Positions 20,429 to 31,387 of a DNA stretch of 64,000 nt are shown in pieces. This DNA is from Blastocatellales bacterium (lineage in GTDB: Bacteria; Acidobacteriota; Blastocatellia; RBC074). The notes beneath the pieces are model-generated. The model was given only the letters and a program-made list of their open reading frames with translations, searched no databases and had not been told where the DNA came from. Made by a program: the position numbers and the translations under genes. The stretch's first letter is position 1; each line of letters starts with the position of its first letter. The stretch covers positions 8,564 through 72,563 of the forward strand of contig JBFWUF010000003.1 of NCBI GenBank assembly GCA_050247435.1, given 5' to 3'.

Positions 20429-20476
20429 TGCATCGGAAGCCATCATCACAATTGCCGATGACCGCAGAACTCGGAT

Positions 20477-21937
20477 TTAAGCCAGCAGCTTTTTCACGAC
20501 AACGCCTTCAACATCCGTCAGCCGGAATTCGCGCCCCTGGAATTTGTAAGTCAGCTTCGTGTGATCAATGCCCATCAGATGCAGCGCGGTAGCGTGCAGG
20601 TCGTGGACGCTGACCGGATCAACCACCGGGTTGTAACCGATCTCGTCGGTTTCGCCTACGGTCACGCCGGGTTTGACGCCGCCGCCCGCGAGCCACATGC
20701 AAAAAGCTCGCGGATGATGATCGCGCCCCAGCAGCTTCGATCCGCCGCGCGCTTCGTTCATCGGCGTGCGTCCGAATTCGCCGCCCCAGATGACAATCGT
20801 GTCTTCCAGCAAGCCGCGCTGCTTCAGATCGTCGAGCAAAGCTCCGATTGGCCTGTCTGTCTCGCGGCAGATGCGCGGCAGCTTGCCGACGATGTCCGTG
20901 CCGACCGAGTTGCCGTGCGTGTCCCAACCCCAGTGGTAAAGCTGCACGAAGCGCACGCCGCGTTCGACCAATCGCCGGGCCAGCAGACAGTTGTTGGCGA
21001 ATGAAGTTTCGCCGGGCCGCGTACCGTACATCTCGTGAACCTTCGCAGGCTCTTTCGAAATGTCGGTTAATTCGGGCACGCTCGTTTGCATTCGATAGGC
21101 CATTTCGTAAGCCGCGATGCGAGTGTTGATCTCAGGGTCGCCGACCTCGGCCTGCCGCATCTGGTTCAAATCTTTCAGCGCGTCGAGCGTCGAACGCCGC
21201 GTCTCGGCGGTCACGCCTTCGGGATTGTTGACGAACAAAACCGGTTCGCCTTTTGAACGAAATTCGACGCCCTGATGCACGGTCGGCAAAAAACCGCTGC
21301 CCCAGCAACTCTTGCCGCCATCGGGATTGTTCTCGCCTGAAATCAGCACGACGAAGCCGGGCAGGTCTTTGTTCTCGCTGCCGAGTCCGTATTGCAACCA
21401 CGAACCCATGCTCGGACGGCCGGGAATCTGATGTCCGGTGTTCATGAAAATCTGCGCGGGCGCGTGATTGAACTGCGTCGTGTGCATCGTGCGAATGATC
21501 GCGATGTCGTCGGCGTGTTTGGCCAGGCCCGGCAATATGTCCGACATCTCGTTGCCCGATTGCCCATGCTTTTTGAACTCGAATGGTGAGCCGAGCAGCC
21601 GCGGCGTGCCTTTGATGAACGCGAACCGCTCGCCTTTTATGTATTCGTCAGGACAGGGCTGGCCGTCGTATTTCCGCAGCGCCGGTTTGTTGTCGAACAT
21701 ATCCAGCGTCGAAGGCGCGCCGGCCATAAACAGGTAGATGATGCGCTTGGCTTTCGGCGCGAAATGCTGAACGCGCTGCTGACCAGTTGCCGCGAAGATG
21801 TTTTCGTCGAGCAGTGATGAGAGCGCCAGCGCGCCAATGCCGAAGCCGGTCTGCCGGAAGAAATGACGGCGGGTGATTTCGCGGAGTTGTTCTGATTGCC
21901 TGTTCTCTGATTGCCTGTTCTCTGATTGCCTGTTCAT
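20477..21937 (-). CDS. DUF1501 family Tat-exported protein
   Basis: TRRHFF Tat motif, [50 protein letters not shown]. Confidence 0.92.
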   Translation of the reverse strand: MNRQSENRQSENRQSEQLREITRRHFFRQTGFGIGALALSSLLDENIFAATGQQRVQHFAPKAKRIIYLFMAGAPSTLDMFDNKPALRKYDGQPCPDEYIKGERFAFIKGTPRLLGSPFEFKKHGQSGNEMSDILPGLAKHADDIAIIRTMHTTQFNHAPAQIFMNTGHQIPGRPSMGSWLQYGLGSENKDLPGFVVLISGENNPDGGKSCWGSGFLPTVHQGVEFRSKGEPVLFVNNPEGVTAETRRSTLDALKDLNQMRQAEVGDPEINTRIAAYEMAYRMQTSVPELTDISKEPAKVHEMYGTRPGETSFANNCLLARRLVERGVRFVQLYHWGWDTHGNSVGTDIVGKLPRICRETDRPIGALLDDLKQRGLLEDTIVIWGGEFGRTPMNEARGGSKLLGRDHHPRAFCMWLAGGGVKPGVTVGETDEIGYNPVVDPVSVHDLHATALHLMGIDHTKLTYKFQGREFRLTDVEGVVVKKLLA

Positions 21938-21969
21938 GGATGCGCCTCGATTGTTGTTCATCAATTCAA

Positions 21970-24900
21970 CTATTCTTTCGTCAATGTCTCATCCAAATTC
22001 AACAAGACATTCGCCACCATCGTCCAGGCCGCAAACTCAGCCGCGCTCGTTTTGGCCGAATGATTCCTGGCGACCTTCCCGGCCTCCGCCGCGTTCGCGG
22101 CAAAGTTATTCAGTTGCTGTTGGTACAGCGCGGCGATGCGTTCGATTTCTTTCTTCTGCGGCGTTCGCGTCAGGCAGGAGCGGAAGCCATAGCTCACTCG
22201 CGCATTCACGCTGTCGCCGCCTTCTTCGATCATTCGCTTGGCTAATGCGCGCCCCGCTTCCATCGCCGCTTCGTCGTTGAGCATCGTCAAGGCTTGCAGC
22301 GGCGTGTTCGTTCTCACCCTGCGAACAGTGCAGTATTCGCGGCTCGTCGCGTCGAAGGTCATCATTGCCGGATGCGGCGACGAGCGGCGAACGAACGTGT
22401 AGAGGCTGCGGCGGTATCGGTCTTCGCCTTTGCTCACCGTCCATTTTTCGCCGCTGTAGGGCGCTTTCCAGACGCCGTCGGGTTGAAGAGGGAAGACGCT
22501 TGGCCCGCCCAGCTTGTGGCTGAGCAATCCGCTCACCGAGAGCGTCACGTCGCGGATCATCTCAGCCTCTATTCGGAATCGCGGGCCGCGCGCGAGCAGG
22601 CGATTGTACGGGTCTTTTTCGAGCAACGCCGGAGTCGCCGCCGACGATTGGCGATAGGCTGATGAAGTGACGATCAGGCGAACGAGCTTTTTCATGCTCC
22701 AGCCGGTTGATTGCGGATTGCGGATTGCGGATTGCGGATTGGTTTTGTCTTCCTGTCCCCTTGTCCTCTTGTCCCCTTGTCCCATAAATTCGGCCGCCAG
22801 CCAGTCCAGCAGTTCGGGATGCCAGGGGCGTTCGCCCTGCGCGCCGAAATCCTCGCTGGTTTCGACGATGCCGTGTCCGAAAATCTGCTCCCAGAAACGA
22901 TTGACTACAACGCGCGCGGTCAACGGATTGTTTTCGTCAACTAGCCATCGCGCCAGGCCCAGGCGATTGACCGGCGCGTTGTCGGGCAACGGCGGCAAAA
23001 CGGCGGGCGTTGCGGCGAACATCTTTTCACCTTTGTTCAAGAAGCTGCCGCGTTCCCGGAAGAATGTTGACGGGCGGTCGAACGATTGGCGCTCCTGCAT
23101 TACCAGAGCCGTCGTGATGTTCAACGCCTTCATCTCATCCCGCAATTTTTCCATCCGGTCGCGGTCGGGTTTAAGCAGTGGCGTCGTTGCGCGAAACTGC
23201 GCTGACAAATCTTCTTTTTGTTTTTGAGTGCGATCAGGCAGGAGGATCGAAAGGATCGGGCGCAGCCTCGCTGAGACGCCTACGACCAGTTTCGGCTCTT
23301 CAGCCGTCGTGACCGAAAGACGGAAACGGCCGATGCCCTGATTGAGCGAACCGCCCAGATGTTTGAGCTTAATCGTCAGGGTCGCGCCCGAATCCTGAGC
23401 GAAAGGCCTTTCGGCGGCGAAGACACCCTGGCGCGGCAGCCTGAATGTTTGATCGTTCGTCGCGTTGACGAACCATCCGGGCGGGCGGTCAGTCGCGGTG
23501 TTGCCAAGCTCTTTGCTGAAGAAAGGTTTGGTCTCAAGCCGGTAAGCCAGATCGTCCACGAAGGCGTCTTTGAATTTGACTTCATGCGGCTGCGCGTCAT
23601 CAGGCGATGCGACTTCGAGTTCGATTCCGGTGAGCAGGAAATTGCCGTAAGGATCGCGCCCCGGCCCGCCCTTCGGCAAACTCGCGTCAGGCAATGCTTC
23701 GACGCGCAGGGCAGTGATGTTCTTCAAATCGGTCTTTGTGGTGATAACGTAAACGTCTCGCTCTTGAGCCTCGCCGGTCACGAGCACGGATTTGTCATCC
23801 AATTCTTTTAGCGTCGCGCCGCCAGTTGATTCCAGCTTGATCGGATCGAGAGCCGTCCACTTGCTCTGCTCGTCCAGCAAGCCACGCTCCCACTTCGCCT
23901 GCTCGGCGTCCAATTCAGAAGTTTGCGTCTTGAGCTTCGTCTCGATCTGTTTGATCTCGCCGTCGAGCGTTTTGCGCCTCTCTTCCTGCTCCGGCGTCGG
24001 CAGGCTGATTTGCGGCTCCAGGATGTACCGCGATTCGTCCGCGCCCGGTGTCTGATAAGCCACCTGATATTCGGCGTTGTCGAAAAAGGCCATCAGCCGG
24101 TAAAAGTCTTTCTGCGAGAACGGGTCGTATTTGTGATTGTGGCACTGGGCGCAGGCGATGGTGCTGCCCAGCCAGACGGTCGCGGTAGTGCCGACGCGAT
24201 CAACCAGAGTTTCAAAACGCGTCTCTTCAGGATCAATCCCGCCTTCCTGATTGACCATCGTGTTGCGGTGAAATCCGGTGGCGATCTTCTGGTTAATCGT
24301 CGCGTTCGGCAACATATCGCCTGCAATCTGTTCAATCGTGAATTGATCAAACGGCATGTCTTTGTTGAAGGCATTGATCACCCAGTCGCGGAACTTCCAC
24401 GCCACGCGCAGGTTGTCTTTCTCGTAGCCGTTCGAATCGGCGTAGCGCGCCAGATCGAGCCAGGGGCGCGCCCACCGTTCGCCGTATTGTTGAGACGCGA
24501 GCAAACGATCAACGACTTTCTCGTAAGCGTCGGGCGAAGTGTCGGCCAGGAATTCGTCCACCTCTTTCACGCTCGGCGGCAACCCGATCACGTCCAGATA
24601 GACTCGGCGCAGCAGCGTTGCGCGATCAGCTTCCGGCGAAGGCGCCAAACCTTCTTTCTCCAACCGGGCCAGGATGAACGCGTCAATCGGATTGCGAACC
24701 CACGACTGATTTTTGACCTGCGGCAAGGATGGACGAATCGGTTTCACATAAGCCCAATGCTTCGGCGGCCCATTCCCCTTGTCTCCTTGTCCCCTTGTCT
24801 CCTTGTCTCCCGCTCCCCAACTCGCGCCCTGATTAATCCAGCGGCGGATCATCGCAATCTCTGCTGGTTTGAGCGGATCGCCGCCCATCGGCATTCGCGC

Positions 24901-25227
24901 TTCGTTGCCTTCGCCGAGAATCCGCTTCATCAACAGACTGCGCCTGCTGTCGCCGGGGATGAGCGCCGCGCCCGAAATGCCGCCTTTCATCACCGATGGC
25001 TGATTGTCGAGGCGCAGTTGCCCCATCGCTTTCTTCTCGCCGTGGCATTGATAACAACTCCGCGCGAAGATCGGCTCGATCTGGCTTTTGAAATCAATGC
25101 GCCGTTGCAGCTTCGATCGAGCGGCGACTTTGTTTTGCGCGGAGGCGTCGGGAATCAGCGAAGCCAATCCGTAAACGGCGGCTGCGAAGAAGAGAATACA
25201 GACCAGGCGTTTGGATGTTCGACACAT
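21970..25227 (-). CDS. Planctomycete-type cytochrome c / DUF1549 / DUF1553 (PSD1) protein
   Basis: CYQCH and CAQCH heme motifs, [48 protein letters not shown]. Confidence 0.92.
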   Translation of the reverse strand: MCRTSKRLVCILFFAAAVYGLASLIPDASAQNKVAARSKLQRRIDFKSQIEPIFARSCYQCHGEKKAMGQLRLDNQPSVMKGGISGAALIPGDSRRSLLMKRILGEGNEARMPMGGDPLKPAEIAMIRRWINQGASWGAGDKETRGQGDKGNGPPKHWAYVKPIRPSLPQVKNQSWVRNPIDAFILARLEKEGLAPSPEADRATLLRRVYLDVIGLPPSVKEVDEFLADTSPDAYEKVVDRLLASQQYGERWARPWLDLARYADSNGYEKDNLRVAWKFRDWVINAFNKDMPFDQFTIEQIAGDMLPNATINQKIATGFHRNTMVNQEGGIDPEETRFETLVDRVGTTATVWLGSTIACAQCHNHKYDPFSQKDFYRLMAFFDNAEYQVAYQTPGADESRYILEPQISLPTPEQEERRKTLDGEIKQIETKLKTQTSELDAEQAKWERGLLDEQSKWTALDPIKLESTGGATLKELDDKSVLVTGEAQERDVYVITTKTDLKNITALRVEALPDASLPKGGPGRDPYGNFLLTGIELEVASPDDAQPHEVKFKDAFVDDLAYRLETKPFFSKELGNTATDRPPGWFVNATNDQTFRLPRQGVFAAERPFAQDSGATLTIKLKHLGGSLNQGIGRFRLSVTTAEEPKLVVGVSARLRPILSILLPDRTQKQKEDLSAQFRATTPLLKPDRDRMEKLRDEMKALNITTALVMQERQSFDRPSTFFRERGSFLNKGEKMFAATPAVLPPLPDNAPVNRLGLARWLVDENNPLTARVVVNRFWEQIFGHGIVETSEDFGAQGERPWHPELLDWLAAEFMGQGDKRTRGQEDKTNPQSAIRNPQSTGWSMKKLVRLIVTSSAYRQSSAATPALLEKDPYNRLLARGPRFRIEAEMIRDVTLSVSGLLSHKLGGPSVFPLQPDGVWKAPYSGEKWTVSKGEDRYRRSLYTFVRRSSPHPAMMTFDATSREYCTVRRVRTNTPLQALTMLNDEAAMEAGRALAKRMIEEGGDSVNARVSYGFRSCLTRTPQKKEIERIAALYQQQLNNFAANAAEAGKVARNHSAKTSAAEFAAWTMVANVLLNLDETLTKE

Positions 25228-25367
25228 ACTTGACCTGCCGGGATGTTGTTTGTTGTTGTTTCGATCAGCGAATCCGACCGCAAGAGTTCGTTGGTAAAAC
25301 CAACTTTCGCCGCAAAGATAGTACACGGATCAGGCTGATGCAACGGATTCAAACTGAAAGAGGAAGG

Positions 25368-26309
25368 TCAACTCAATGAAAAGAGAAGTGGCTCGTCATT
25401 GGTTTTGGGAATAGGCCCCGCTGGCTCCGGGCGCTCCAAGACCTGACCAGTAAAGCTAGGATATAACGCCGCAAGTCGCGGCACGGATTCGGTCGCCATC
25501 TCGAAGTATGCTTTATCCGACTCTATGCCGATTGCGTCATAACCAACACAATAGGCTGCCGCGATTGTTGATCCTGATCCCATGAACGGATCCACCACCA
25601 CTCCTTCACCAAGTGGCAGGAGCGCGCGAACGATGACGCGCATGAAGTGCTGCGGTTTCAGACAAGGGTGATCGGCAATCTGTTCCTCTATTTTTGGAGT
25701 CTTGCCGCTGAAGATGACTTCGGGGAATGGCTTGCTATCCGCAAGTCTGCGTAAACCGCCTGTTTTCCATTTGCGGAGATTGGCCGCAACCGTTCCCTCG
25801 CTTATCGGTTTCCTGAACAGCATCCACGGCTCATAGCCGCTCTTCGGAGTAACCGACACATTCGGGAATTCAAGCTCGGCGTTCTTTGGGCGATCACCGC
25901 CGCGAAAGCCCTGGTAAAGTCTGATCACCGCGCCACGCACTTCAAATCCGGCTTGAGACATCGCCCCCTGTACGTGGTGTTGCAGCATCGCGTGACCCGC
26001 GACGATGGCGTGGCCGCCGGGAACAATTACCCTGATGAGTTGTTCCCCCCATTCAAAAAAATACCGGGCGACAGCCTTCTGCTGCTCCGAAGTGAGTATG
26101 GTGAATCGTGGGAGTGGCGCGCGCTGACTGCCGTTTATATTTGGCGGCAGTCGCCATACTCCGCCTCGCCCCGCGCGGAGCTTTTCCAACTCACGATCAG
26201 AAAACTCGACGACACCGTAAGGAGGATCAGTGCAGACAGCGTGAATCGAGTCGGAATCCTGCTCCTTCAACCACTTAAAACAACTTTGATGGAATAGCCT
26301 GTATGTCAT
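25368..26309 (-). CDS. Orphan N4-C/N6-A DNA methyltransferase (beta-class motif order)
   Basis: TDPPY catalytic motif near the N-terminus, HPCLKP, VVDPFMGSGST SAM-binding motif near the C-terminus. Confidence 0.9.
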   Translation of the reverse strand: MTYRLFHQSCFKWLKEQDSDSIHAVCTDPPYGVVEFSDRELEKLRAGRGGVWRLPPNINGSQRAPLPRFTILTSEQQKAVARYFFEWGEQLIRVIVPGGHAIVAGHAMLQHHVQGAMSQAGFEVRGAVIRLYQGFRGGDRPKNAELEFPNVSVTPKSGYEPWMLFRKPISEGTVAANLRKWKTGGLRRLADSKPFPEVIFSGKTPKIEEQIADHPCLKPQHFMRVIVRALLPLGEGVVVDPFMGSGSTIAAAYCVGYDAIGIESDKAYFEMATESVPRLAALYPSFTGQVLERPEPAGPIPKTNDEPLLFSLS

Positions 26310-26336
26310 GAGTTCAACTATAACGGATTGGTACAC

Positions 26337-26513
26337 GCTTTTTCCTGGTCCAGCGATTTATCGCTGGAAAAAGGAGTGAACCGGTTACTCAGCCCGACTC
26401 ATCGGATTTTGCAGTCAGCTTTAGCTAAAGCTTTTTGAAAGCCCGATCAATCGGGCTGAATAGCTATTGGCAATTCGATTCCCAGCGATGAATCACGGGG
26501 CTAGGGAAAAAGC
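26337..26513. repeat. REP/REPIN-like element
   Basis: Terminal gctttttcc/ggaaaaagc, with internal palindromes ccagcgatttatcgctgg, agcccgatcaatcgggct and agctttagctaaagct. Confidence 0.75.
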
Positions 26514-26552
26514 TGCGCCAGTATTTGTTGGTCCAATTTAGATTATCCCGCA

Positions 26553-26795
26553 TCAGGTTGGCTTCGTCAGTTTGACGAAACAGTCGTGACAGACAATCGC
26601 CTCGCGCTCGCACTCCAACCCCGATCCGCCCGGATCATTGGTTCTGACGAACTTCGTGTTTCCGTCGGACAGAAGCTTGTAGCAGGCGTTTACCTTTTCA
26701 CGTTTCGGGTATCGGACGTGGCGGGATTCGATGGTAATTCGATAAGCGGGAGTTCGAGGTTGAGAGTTTTTACCGCAAATTTGGCATTTGTACAT
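26553..26795 (-). CDS. Small putative zinc-ribbon protein (CxxC...CxxC)
   Basis: MYKCQICGK...DPGGSGLE...VCHDC. GAGGAA RBS. Candidate promoter TTGACC-N17-TACTTT about 90 nt upstream. Confidence 0.75.
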   Translation of the reverse strand: MYKCQICGKNSQPRTPAYRITIESRHVRYPKREKVNACYKLLSDGNTKFVRTNDPGGSGLECEREAIVCHDCFVKLTKPT

Positions 26796-27173
26796 TTCCT
26801 CAGCTTGGACTGGCTTAGTTGCGCCGGGTTGCTGATGTCCGGCTGCGCCAGAGATAGATTCAGCCGCGCTGAATCGCGCCAAAAGTAAACGAGCCGCCAT
26901 CGCGGGTCAATCAAATTCTTGCCCTTGCGATTGACGTGGATAGCGAGGGTATCTCATTCCCCCGGCTGCCAGAGATCAAGTGGAACAGCTTCGGACGCAG
27001 CCAGGGCACGGACGACATCCGCTTGAGAGGCAGGTATTATTGCCTCTCAACTGGGCCAACTTTATACTCCACCACGTCTCGCAGTAACACGGTATAACAG
27101 CATCAATAACGTAATGAGGCTCTTGAATTAATCACGGAGGAGTGGCCGTGTCACAAAGTTAGAGGAGGGTCTT

Positions 27174-27754
27174 ATGAGTATCGAACAGTCCAATAGCGCT
27201 TCTGTCGCGCTACAAGACCAGATCGGGACGAAGGAAGCGATGCCCGCCGCCATCGCCACAGAACTGGCCGAGATGCGCAAGGAGATTGCGGAATTGCGCG
27301 AGCGGGTTCCGGAGGACAAAGCGGCTCTGGTCGTCTTCAGGGGCGATCTTGATCGAGCCATCGCCGCTTTCGTCATCGCGACGGGCGCCGCCACGTCCGG
27401 CCTTGAGACGACTATGTTCTTCACGTTATGGGGTCTGTCAGTCATCAAGAAGAAGAACGGCGAGGTGGTCTCGAAGCGGGACCTGATGCAGAAGATGTTC
27501 GCGATGATGACTCCCGGCTCTTCCGAATCGCTGGGCGTCTCGAAGATGAACTACTTTGGCGTCGGCGCCAGTATGCTCCGGGCGATGATGAAGAAGCAGG
27601 AGGTCTCGTCGCTGGAGGATTTGATGGAGCTTGCGCGCGATCTCGGCGTGCGGATGATCGGCTGCACGATGTCAATGGACGTGATGGGGTGGACAAAGAC
27701 GAGCTTTTCGACGGGATCGAGTTGGGCGGAGTCGCGGCGTTTATGGGGGAAGCG
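27174..27754 (+). pseudogene. DsrE/DsrF/DrsH-like (DsrE2) sulfur-carrier protein, frameshifted and 3'-truncated
   Basis: VVFRGDLDRA...TMFFTLWGL...IGCTMSMDVMG. The homologous continuation VDKDELFDGIELGGVAAFMGEA is in another frame after GGGG at 27686-27689, then runs into antisense PIN sequence. Confidence 0.82.
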
Positions 27755-28018
27755 TTTGCCAGGATTGACCTCAGTGACAGTCTTTGCAGTCAGAAGATAC
27801 TGCCTCAGGCTGGTGAGTTTTTGCGGCGAGGCCCCGAGCATTTCCAGAACGCCTAGATACTCGTCGAGAATCGGGCGGCTGATGATGAGTTGAAATCTTC
27901 GGCGCACGAGCCAGAGATTGAACACGCGCTGATTGATCGAGTTTTTCTTGCGCCGCAACAGGCGCGCGACGAAAAGATTTGTGTCGAAGACAACCGGAAT
28001 GCGGTTCTTTCGCGCCAC
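27749..28018 (-). pseudogene. PIN-domain (VapC-like) toxin, C-terminally truncated
   Basis: VVFDTNLFV and IISRPILDEY motifs are present. The expected RDxDD / LVTxDxDLL part is missing, and after GKRF the frame reads through antisense dsrE sequence. Confidence 0.8.
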
Positions 28019-28019
28019 T

Positions 28020-28268
28020 CTATTTTCTCCGTGAAGCGCGGTAGGCTTTCACCAGTTCAACAGCGTTGTCTTCAGTGCAGCCAGTGTGCTGCAAGTCGCG
28101 CTCTATATCCTCGAATAAAGCCGCGCCTTGTTGAGCTTCCAGAAAATCAGCAATCACGTCCGCGAGCAATTCAACCGGACGGCGACGTTTGACCCGCGCC
28201 TCTTGTTCAAACTCTCGCCACAAATCGGACTGCAATAGAGTATCCAAGGTTAAAGTTTTGCTGGGCAT
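28020..28268 (-). CDS. Putative antitoxin (RHH/CopG-like) upstream of the PIN gene
   Basis: Small ORF whose stop abuts the PIN GTG start. GAGGT RBS. Confidence 0.7.
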   Translation of the reverse strand: MPSKTLTLDTLLQSDLWREFEQEARVKRRRPVELLADVIADFLEAQQGAALFEDIERDLQHTGCTEDNAVELVKAYRASRRK

Positions 28269-28390
28269 CGCTACCTCTCTTTTCATGCCTGGAGTTTAGC
28301 ACGCTGGGAGTGTGAGCGCCACGAACCGACGCGTCGCTGATCACCGCCGATGGTGATCGGCGTTGATCTGCGACTCTTTCATTCTTGATT

Positions 28391-31387
28391 TCAGAACGTG
28401 AACTTCACGGCCAGTTGCAACTGGCGCGGATCGCCCACTCCCTGCCTGAGGAAGCCGTCGAAGTTGAACAGCCCCGGCGTGGTCAGCGGGTTGATCAGGT
28501 TTTTGTTGTTGAACGTGTTGAACATCTCAATCGTCGGGATGATCGAGACGTCTTCGGAGAAGCGGAAGACCTTCGACAGCCGCCAGTCGAACGAGAAGAA
28601 CTCGTTGTCCTTGCGAGCCGTGTTGCGGTTGTTGGCCGTGCGGGCGCCGGGCGTGATCGGCTGGGCGCTGCGGGCCTGGATGCGCGCGTTGGCCTGGAAG
28701 CCCCACGGCAGTTCGCCGTTCAAGATGAAATTGAACTTGTGGCGGATGTCGCGGTCCGCGAGCGCGTAATCGAGTTGCAGGTTGTTGATGTCGAACGCGC
28801 GGTCGGTGAACGGGTCGCGTTCGTTCGAATCGTCGTCGAGGTCTTTCGCCCAGACGTAGTTCCAATCGAACTGGAACCTGCTGCTGAACCGCTTCCTCAT
28901 TCCCACCGTGAAGCCGCGATAAAGCGATTTGCCGACAGAACTGGTTACCATCACCTCGCCAAGTTGCGGCGCGAAGAAGTTGTTGCGGTTGACGTTCAGG
29001 AACCGCGTCAGGTGAACGCCTTTCGAGTGCGTGAAGTCGAGATAGAGCGCCAGGTTGTTGACGATCTGCTGTTCGAACTGGACGTTGGTCGAATAGACGC
29101 GCGGGTTTTCATAATCGCGGCTGAAGACGCGCACGCCGCTGAAGAGCGGGAATTGACCGGGCGGAACAGGCGTCGGGCTGACGACGTTCGGCCAGACCGG
29201 GCCGGGAACGCCCGCCCCGATGATGTCGGAGTTCAGGAAGATCGTCTGCTGCTGCACGCCGTTGGTCGTGATCGAACCGACCTGCGAGAGCATGTTCTGG
29301 CGCGCGTAAAAGATGCCGTAGCTGGCGCGCAGCACCGATTTGGCGTTGCGCGCGATGTCCCACGCGAAGCCGACGCGCGGCTGCCACATCTTGAATTGAT
29401 CGGGCAGCGTGCCGTCGGACGGGAAGCGGGGATCGTTCAGGAAGCTTCCGTAAGCCGTCTGCGTAGGCGGCGTGACCGGGTCGGGGAAGAGTTGCGCTTC
29501 CCAGCGCACGCCGTAGCTGAACGTGAAGCCCGGTGTGATCTGCCATTTGTCCTGAATGAACAAAGCGTACTCTTCATTGTCAATGTTCGAAGCGCCTGCC
29601 GCATCGGTCGCCGGGCCGTTCAGCCCCGCGCCCTGCAAATAGAGCAGCAACGGCCCGCCGGTCGAGGTCGCGCCAGCCGGGCAAGCGCCGGAGGCCGCGA
29701 CGTAGCTGCCGTTCGAGCAGCCCCTGATGTTCGGCCCGAAGCCTGGGCCAAGCGATGCGGGCGAAGCGTAATGCAGGAAACCCGCGACGCTGTCGAAGAT
29801 GTAACGCCCCTGGAAGAAGCCGCGGAAGACCTGAGCGTTGTTGCTGAATGTCCCGTCGCCGCCCATCTTGACTGTGTGGTTACCGGAGACGATTGAGAAG
29901 TTGTCGCGCAACTGGAAGCGCTGGAACAGTTCGTCAACGGTCGGCCCCAGGAAGAACGGGGCGCCGAAACGGAACGTCGTGGCGAAGCCCATCGCGGTGT
30001 CGGCTGGCATGTTCGATTGAGTCGCCGAACGCGGGCGGTCTTCGCGCAGGTAGGTGGCGTGAAACTCATTGAGCATCGTCGCCGAAAACGTCGTGAAGAA
30101 GTTGACGTTGAAGGCGTGAATCTTGCCGGGGCCTTCAGTGCCGTTGGCCGAATTGCCGTAAGTCGGCACGTCGAAAGTCTCGTTCTCCTTGTTCGTGCGC
30201 AGGAAGTTGTAAGAGAAGGCTAGTTCGTTCGCCTCCGACAGCTTGAAATCGAGTTTGCCGAGGAAGGACGAAGTGTTGATCGGCTTTTTGATCGGCAGCC
30301 CTTCATCCTGCTGGCGCGTGGTCTTGAAGAAGTTGAGCAGCGCAAGCCGCTGGCAGTCGGCGCTCGAATTGATTAACGCCTCGTTGGCCTGGATCGTCGG
30401 ATTTTGAACGGAACAGGGCGCGCCGATAGCCGCGCTCAGATTGTCGCGCGTCAGGTTGCCCGTGATCTGCTCGAAGTTGGCGAAGTAGAACGCCCTGTCT
30501 TGTTTGATCGGCCCTCCGATATTGCCGCCGAACTGTTCACGGCGAAAATCCTTGAGTGGTTTGCCGTCGGACGTGTTTGAGGTCAGGGCTTCCAGGCGTT
30601 GGAAATGAAACAGGCTGCCGCTGAGTTTGTTCGTGCCCGACTTGGTGATGACGTTGATGATGCCGCCACCACTGCGCCCGAACTCCGCGCTCGCGCCCGT
30701 GGCGACGACCTGGAATTCCTTGATGGCTTCCATCGAGATGTCAATCGCCGCGCGCTGGCCGCCTGCCTGCTCGCCGAAAAATCCGTTGTTGTAATCGCCG
30801 CCGTCGAGGCTGACGTTGTTGAAGATGCCGCGCTGGCCGTTGAAGTTGATCTCGTCTCCATCAGGCCCCTGCGTGATGCTGACGCCGGGCGTGAGCGTCA
30901 ACAGGTCTTCAAACTTGCGGCCCAGCACGGGCGTGCGGCTGATTGCGACCTCGTTGATGGTCGAGCTTGACTCCGTCTTGACGGTGTCAATCGTCGGAGC
31001 GGCGGTGATCGTGATCTTCTCCTGCACGGATGAAACTTTCAGGTTCAGGTTGAGATTGATCGCCTGGCCGACGGTCAGCGTCAAATTTTCCTGCGCCAGC
31101 GTCGAGTAGCCCTGCTTGGAGACCGTCAGCGTGTAACGGCCCGAAGGCAGTTGCAGAAAGACGAACCGCCCGTCGGAATCGGTCTTCAAAGTTTTGGTTA
31201 AATTGGTGTCGGTGTTTTTGACTTCGACATCGGCTCCAGCGACGACCGCGTTGGCTTCGTCGAAGACCGTGCCCTGAATGACGCCTGTGGTGATCTGGGT
31301 TTGAGCCTGTGTCGTGGTTGGCGCTGTCAGCAACAACAGCAACGCCAGCAAGGAACAACACACGCCTAGTCCTGTGTGTTTCTTCAT
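28391..31387 (-). CDS. TonB-dependent receptor, Oar-like
   Basis: Signal peptide, GVIQGTVFD carboxypeptidase-regulatory-like domain, AIKEFQV...AEFGRSGGGIINVITKSGTN, C-terminal PRQLQLAVKFTF. AAGGAG RBS. Confidence 0.93.
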   Translation of the reverse strand: MKKHTGLGVCCSLLALLLLLTAPTTTQAQTQITTGVIQGTVFDEANAVVAGADVEVKNTDTNLTKTLKTDSDGRFVFLQLPSGRYTLTVSKQGYSTLAQENLTLTVGQAINLNLNLKVSSVQEKITITAAPTIDTVKTESSSTINEVAISRTPVLGRKFEDLLTLTPGVSITQGPDGDEINFNGQRGIFNNVSLDGGDYNNGFFGEQAGGQRAAIDISMEAIKEFQVVATGASAEFGRSGGGIINVITKSGTNKLSGSLFHFQRLEALTSNTSDGKPLKDFRREQFGGNIGGPIKQDRAFYFANFEQITGNLTRDNLSAAIGAPCSVQNPTIQANEALINSSADCQRLALLNFFKTTRQQDEGLPIKKPINTSSFLGKLDFKLSEANELAFSYNFLRTNKENETFDVPTYGNSANGTEGPGKIHAFNVNFFTTFSATMLNEFHATYLREDRPRSATQSNMPADTAMGFATTFRFGAPFFLGPTVDELFQRFQLRDNFSIVSGNHTVKMGGDGTFSNNAQVFRGFFQGRYIFDSVAGFLHYASPASLGPGFGPNIRGCSNGSYVAASGACPAGATSTGGPLLLYLQGAGLNGPATDAAGASNIDNEEYALFIQDKWQITPGFTFSYGVRWEAQLFPDPVTPPTQTAYGSFLNDPRFPSDGTLPDQFKMWQPRVGFAWDIARNAKSVLRASYGIFYARQNMLSQVGSITTNGVQQQTIFLNSDIIGAGVPGPVWPNVVSPTPVPPGQFPLFSGVRVFSRDYENPRVYSTNVQFEQQIVNNLALYLDFTHSKGVHLTRFLNVNRNNFFAPQLGEVMVTSSVGKSLYRGFTVGMRKRFSSRFQFDWNYVWAKDLDDDSNERDPFTDRAFDINNLQLDYALADRDIRHKFNFILNGELPWGFQANARIQARSAQPITPGARTANNRNTARKDNEFFSFDWRLSKVFRFSEDVSIIPTIEMFNTFNNKNLINPLTTPGLFNFDGFLRQGVGDPRQLQLAVKFTF

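Noticed and set aside
23923-25233. 436-aa plus-strand ORF
   Set aside because: Antisense shadow of the DUF1549/DUF1553 gene.
27680-27695. Programmed frameshift in dsrE
   Set aside because: There is no canonical slippery heptamer and the gene is also truncated downstream. Decay or a sequencing error is simpler.
28385-29896. 503-aa plus-strand ORF
   Set aside because: Antisense shadow of the second TonB-dependent receptor.
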